IMG/VR virus record: IMGVR_UViG_3300032883_000088
Strand: one strand, 5' to 3'
Length of the DNA: 53,504 nucleotides
Source: a virus
Made by a program: the position numbers and the translations under genes. A model generated the notes under the pieces. The model saw only the letters and a list, made by a program, of their open reading frames with translations, was not told where the DNA came from and ran no database searches. This document shows positions 50,969 to 53,504 of this stretch, piece after piece (positions within the stretch are counted from its first letter, which is position 1; every line of letters starts with the position of its first letter).

Positions 50969-52722
50969 CAGAGATTACCTCCACTCTTGAGGCCGACCCC
51001 ACTCGCCCCGCCTCCAGCAACCAGCGTCCCCACGACAATCCCGTCATCGTAGAACACCCCCGCCCGAACATTCGCCGGAACCGGGAGGATCAACGTCCCG
51101 TGTATTGCCGGCGTGTCTACATCCGTACCCAACCGTACATCGACTACCGCAGGGACGATCAGCGTACCATGCGTTGCCGCCGTGTCCACATCCACGCCGA
51201 GTCGGACATCCCCTACGGCAGGGACAATCAGAGTACCGTGCGTTGCAGGAGTATCCACATCCACACCTAACCGCACGTCGGTAACGGCGGGGACAATCAA
51301 ACTTCCAGTACCGGCGTCCACCGGGACCGTATCCCGCACGTCCGTTGCCGCCGGGACCTTGCACAGTCCCGTGGTCGCATCTACATCGACCCCGAACCGC
51401 ACATCCGTTGCAACCGGAACATAGCAAAGTCCTGTAGCGGCGTCAACGTCAACTCCGAACCGTACATCCCCAACCGCGGGAACATGACACGAACCTACCG
51501 TGGCATCTGTGCCTATCCCATCCCGTACATCGGTAGGACCTGGGACTATTAGGGTTCCATGCGTTGCGGGGGTGTCTACATCCACGCCCAACCGTACGTC
51601 GGTAACGACGGGGACAATGAGTTCCCCGGTCTGTGTCCCGAAGTTATAGTCCACCAAGTCCCGCACGTCTGTCTCAACAGGGTAATCCGTAGGTCCCCCA
51701 CCCCCAACTTCGTCCATCGCCCCAATATCGGACGCATCCCCGGTCTGCGTAATCCAGGCGTTCGTTTCCAGTCCGAACCCCGCCCCAATGAGCGGCGACC
51801 CGACATCCGGGGTGTAGTCCTGGGTTGCCTCGCTTACGAACGCCGGGGCCGCGGTGACTTCGCCGGTAAAGGTCTGGAAATTGGTGTACGGCGTAGTGTT
51901 CGCATTCACCAGGTTGTTTCGGGAGATGCTCCGTTCCGTGTTCAGACTGGCGTTACTCACAAACCCTGCCGTACAGTCGTATGCTACACAGTTGACAACC
52001 ACCAGTTGTGCAGAGGTATAGGCAACGGAAAGGTCATACCCCTCATTCGTATCCTTCGCGTCTCCGTCCGCCACGCAATCAATGAAAATATGATACGTAT
52101 TTAGCTGCGTGTAAAAACCGACCCCTCCGTTACTAAACGCCATGCACTTGTAGAAAGTCCCCCCCTCCGAGCCGAATCCGTTAGCGGTGTTGGCGTTGGA
52201 AATACAGCAAATGAAGGCGGTGGTATGCCCCACATCGAACCCGTCCCCCCCGTTATTGTGGGCGTAGCAACCCTCGAACAGGCAACTCTGATCCGCGTTG
52301 AGTCCATCTCCCCCGTTGTTGTCGAACCGGCACTTCTTATAGGTGAAGTAGTCCCCCGATAGGTTCCCCGCCCCGACCCCAGTATGGTCCGTGAACCGGA
52401 AGTTCTTGAAAACGTGGAAGTTGGACCCCGCGGCCGGGGTCAACCCGGTCGCACGGGCAGCGGCCCCGTTCACCGTCGCCATCCCCCCGTCCCCCGGTGA
52501 TCCAGTATAACCCTCAAACACAACGGGGGCCGCGGCGGTTCCAACAACGGCAATGGTCAGGGTTTCGGTGTAGTCCGCGGACCCCTTGACGTACACCTTG
52601 TCCCCCGCGGCAATCGGGGCGGTCTGCGTTTTGCCGAGGGTTTTCCAGGCGTTCCCGGCCCCTTCCGAGGTTCCAAGGTTCCCGTCATTCCCAACGGCCA
52701 TGTCAACATAGTAGGTTGGCAT
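50968..52722 (-). CDS. Tail fibre/spike protein, beta-helix paralogue B with a C-terminal tandem-repeat shaft (584 aa)
   Basis: N-terminal 340 aa collinear with 1435..2475; C-terminal part made of about ten 20-residue repeats (VPAVxDVRxGVDVDxxxxGTLI). Confidence 0.75.
   Translation of the reverse strand: MPTYYVDMAVGNDGNLGTSEGAGNAWKTLGKTQTAPIAAGDKVYVKGSADYTETLTIAVVGTAAAPVVFEGYTGSPGDGGMATVNGAAARATGLTPAAGSNFHVFKNFRFTDHTGVGAGNLSGDYFTYKKCRFDNNGGDGLNADQSCLFEGCYAHNNGGDGFDVGHTTAFICCISNANTANGFGSEGGTFYKCMAFSNGGVGFYTQLNTYHIFIDCVADGDAKDTNEGYDLSVAYTSAQLVVVNCVAYDCTAGFVSNASLNTERSISRNNLVNANTTPYTNFQTFTGEVTAAPAFVSEATQDYTPDVGSPLIGAGFGLETNAWITQTGDASDIGAMDEVGGGGPTDYPVETDVRDLVDYNFGTQTGELIVPVVTDVRLGVDVDTPATHGTLIVPGPTDVRDGIGTDATVGSCHVPAVGDVRFGVDVDAATGLCYVPVATDVRFGVDVDATTGLCKVPAATDVRDTVPVDAGTGSLIVPAVTDVRLGVDVDTPATHGTLIVPAVGDVRLGVDVDTAATHGTLIVPAVVDVRLGTDVDTPAIHGTLILPVPANVRAGVFYDDGIVVGTLVAGGGASGVGLKSGGNL
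51040..51690. repeat. About ten degenerate 60-bp tandem repeats (coding, in frame) within 50968..52722
   Basis: Period visible in both DNA and protein; boundaries approximate. Confidence 0.8.
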
Positions 52723-52732
52723 GAGCTACCCC

Positions 52733-53071
52733 CTACGCATACCAGCCGCGAACCTGAGCCTTGGTGTAGGCGGCAGAGACGAAGTACAGACTCACGCTGC
52801 TAATGGCGACTTGGGACTCAATCGACAGGTCCACCGCCTGACCGGGCATGAGTTTGACCATGAAGTTCGTGGCCGAGCAATCCACATCGTTCGGGAGCAC
52901 GTATAGGATGTCTCCCCCAACCACTTCCAGGTTCGTCACCACGCACGGGCGCGCGTATCGCGGCCGACCGGTATCTTGGAACTCCCGTACCTGATCCGAC
53001 GCACCAGGCGTCCCTGTGGTCGTAATCGTCGGCGTCGCTGCTGTCCCAACACGTACTGCATCTCTACTCAT
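52733..53071 (-). CDS. Virion-module protein (112 aa)
   Basis: ORF track. Confidence 0.5.
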   Translation of the reverse strand: MSRDAVRVGTAATPTITTTGTPGASDQVREFQDTGRPRYARPCVVTNLEVVGGDILYVLPNDVDCSATNFMVKLMPGQAVDLSIESQVAISSVSLYFVSAAYTKAQVRGWYA

Positions 53072-53083
53072 ACTGAATCTCCG

Positions 53084-53504
53084 TTAAACGTCCGTGAGGC
53101 CGTAGGTAACCGGCTCGTACAGATCAAGAAGGGGGTCGAACTCCTCCCCCGAACTTTCGTAATCAGTTAAGGTGATCGAGTCCCCGAAGTTCTTCCTCGG
53201 AGTCTTTCGATCGGCGCTCACCAACGTAACTGTATCGGCAAACCACTTCCTTACCACAGAGGCCGGAGTATCCGCGGGGGTAACCGTATCGGCGAATGCT
53301 TTCCCTACCTTGATGGTAAGGGCATCGGCTAGGGATGTTGAATCGGCCAGATTTCCCCCAACTACAATGACCACCGCGTCCGTTAGGGTACTTACATCAT
53401 CCAGGATTTTCCCGGCCTCAATAGCGGAGGCATCCGACAACGCGACCGCATCGGCCAGGGGTCTTCCTGCCGCAATGATTACCGTATCCAACAGGGCAAC
53501 TGTA
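53084..53504 (-). CDS. Repeat-rich fibrous virion protein, 3' part (same gene as 1..935; 53382..53504 duplicates 1..123)
   Basis: ORF track 53084..53491 begins at a TTG only because the window ends; the frame continues from 935..1. Confidence 0.75.
   Translation of the reverse strand, partial: TVALLDTVIIAAGRPLADAVALSDASAIEAGKILDDVSTLTDAVVIVVGGNLADSTSLADALTIKVGKAFADTVTPADTPASVVRKWFADTVTLVSADRKTPRKNFGDSITLTDYESSGEEFDPLLDLYEPVTYGLTDV
53382..53504. repeat. Terminal direct repeat, copy 2 of 2
   Basis: Identical to 1..123. Confidence 0.95.

Noticed and set aside
50968-52722. Diversity-generating retroelement targeting a fibre gene
   Set aside because: No reverse-transcriptase ORF exists anywhere in the genome, and there is no template/variable repeat pair differing mainly at adenines. 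The only exact inter-fibre match is a 23-mer explained by paralogy.
1-53504. Lysogeny module (integrase, CI-type repressor, excisionase with attP)
   Set aside because: No tyrosine or serine recombinase motifs were seen in any ORF. The only HTH proteins are small and sit in the replication arm. The divergent-promoter regions lack an adjacent repressor gene.

Overview
The window is one complete, circularly closed dsDNA tailed-phage genome. Bases 1-123 recur exactly at 53382-53504, so the unit length is 53381 bp and the linear break falls inside a gene.

Layout:
- Rightward replication/recombination arm, 26389-37769 (+): a family-A DNA polymerase with an N-terminal UDG-like domain and a 3'-5' exonuclease; a wHTH-metallophosphoesterase; an ERCC4-type nuclease; a dNTP-diphosphohydrolase-like protein; a Cas4/RecB-type nuclease; an AAA_24 (Sak4-like) ATPase; a DUF669-like protein; a P-loop helicase-like ATPase; an HD phosphohydrolase.
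- Leftward arm on the minus strand, starting at a divergent promoter region (26286-26388). It runs through about 30 small orphan genes (26285 down to 12554), including many zinc ribbons, a GNAT acetyltransferase and a cluster of lipoproteins/membrane proteins.
- The same arm continues through packaging/head genes (large terminase 9611-11494, HNH, portal, HExxH protein, scaffold, HNH, capsid, HNH) and crosses the junction. It then runs through fibre, tail and very large internal-virion-type proteins to 37766, where it meets the rightward arm tail to tail.

I found no tRNA, rRNA, CRISPR array, integrase, phage RNA polymerase, primase or recognisable endolysin. A short-tailed (podovirus-like) virion is only an inference, from the lack of tape-measure/sheath/tube candidates and the presence of several very large internal-type proteins.

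Most interesting by-eye observations:
- A family of sigma70-type promoters. Four of them place an ATG exactly at the predicted +1 (leaderless mRNAs, including the polymerase and the GNAT gene).
- An ORF-poor 375-bp gap with its own promoter and a 23-bp RNA helix whose three mismatches are G-U pairs only on the minus-strand transcript.
- A 364-bp regulatory gap with back-to-back promoters, twin direct repeats and a plus-strand (antisense) promoter.
- Tandem intrinsic terminators with a duplicated arm that insulate the GNAT gene.
- Exact long-range repeats: 26 bp (twice) and 34 bp flanking a small gene.
- A recurring GCAA-tetraloop hairpin placed just before start codons.
- A capsid gene bracketed by paralogous HNH genes.
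- Two paralogous beta-helix fibre genes, plus two internally repetitive fibre proteins.

All functional names come from motif recognition by eye and need HMM/structure confirmation.
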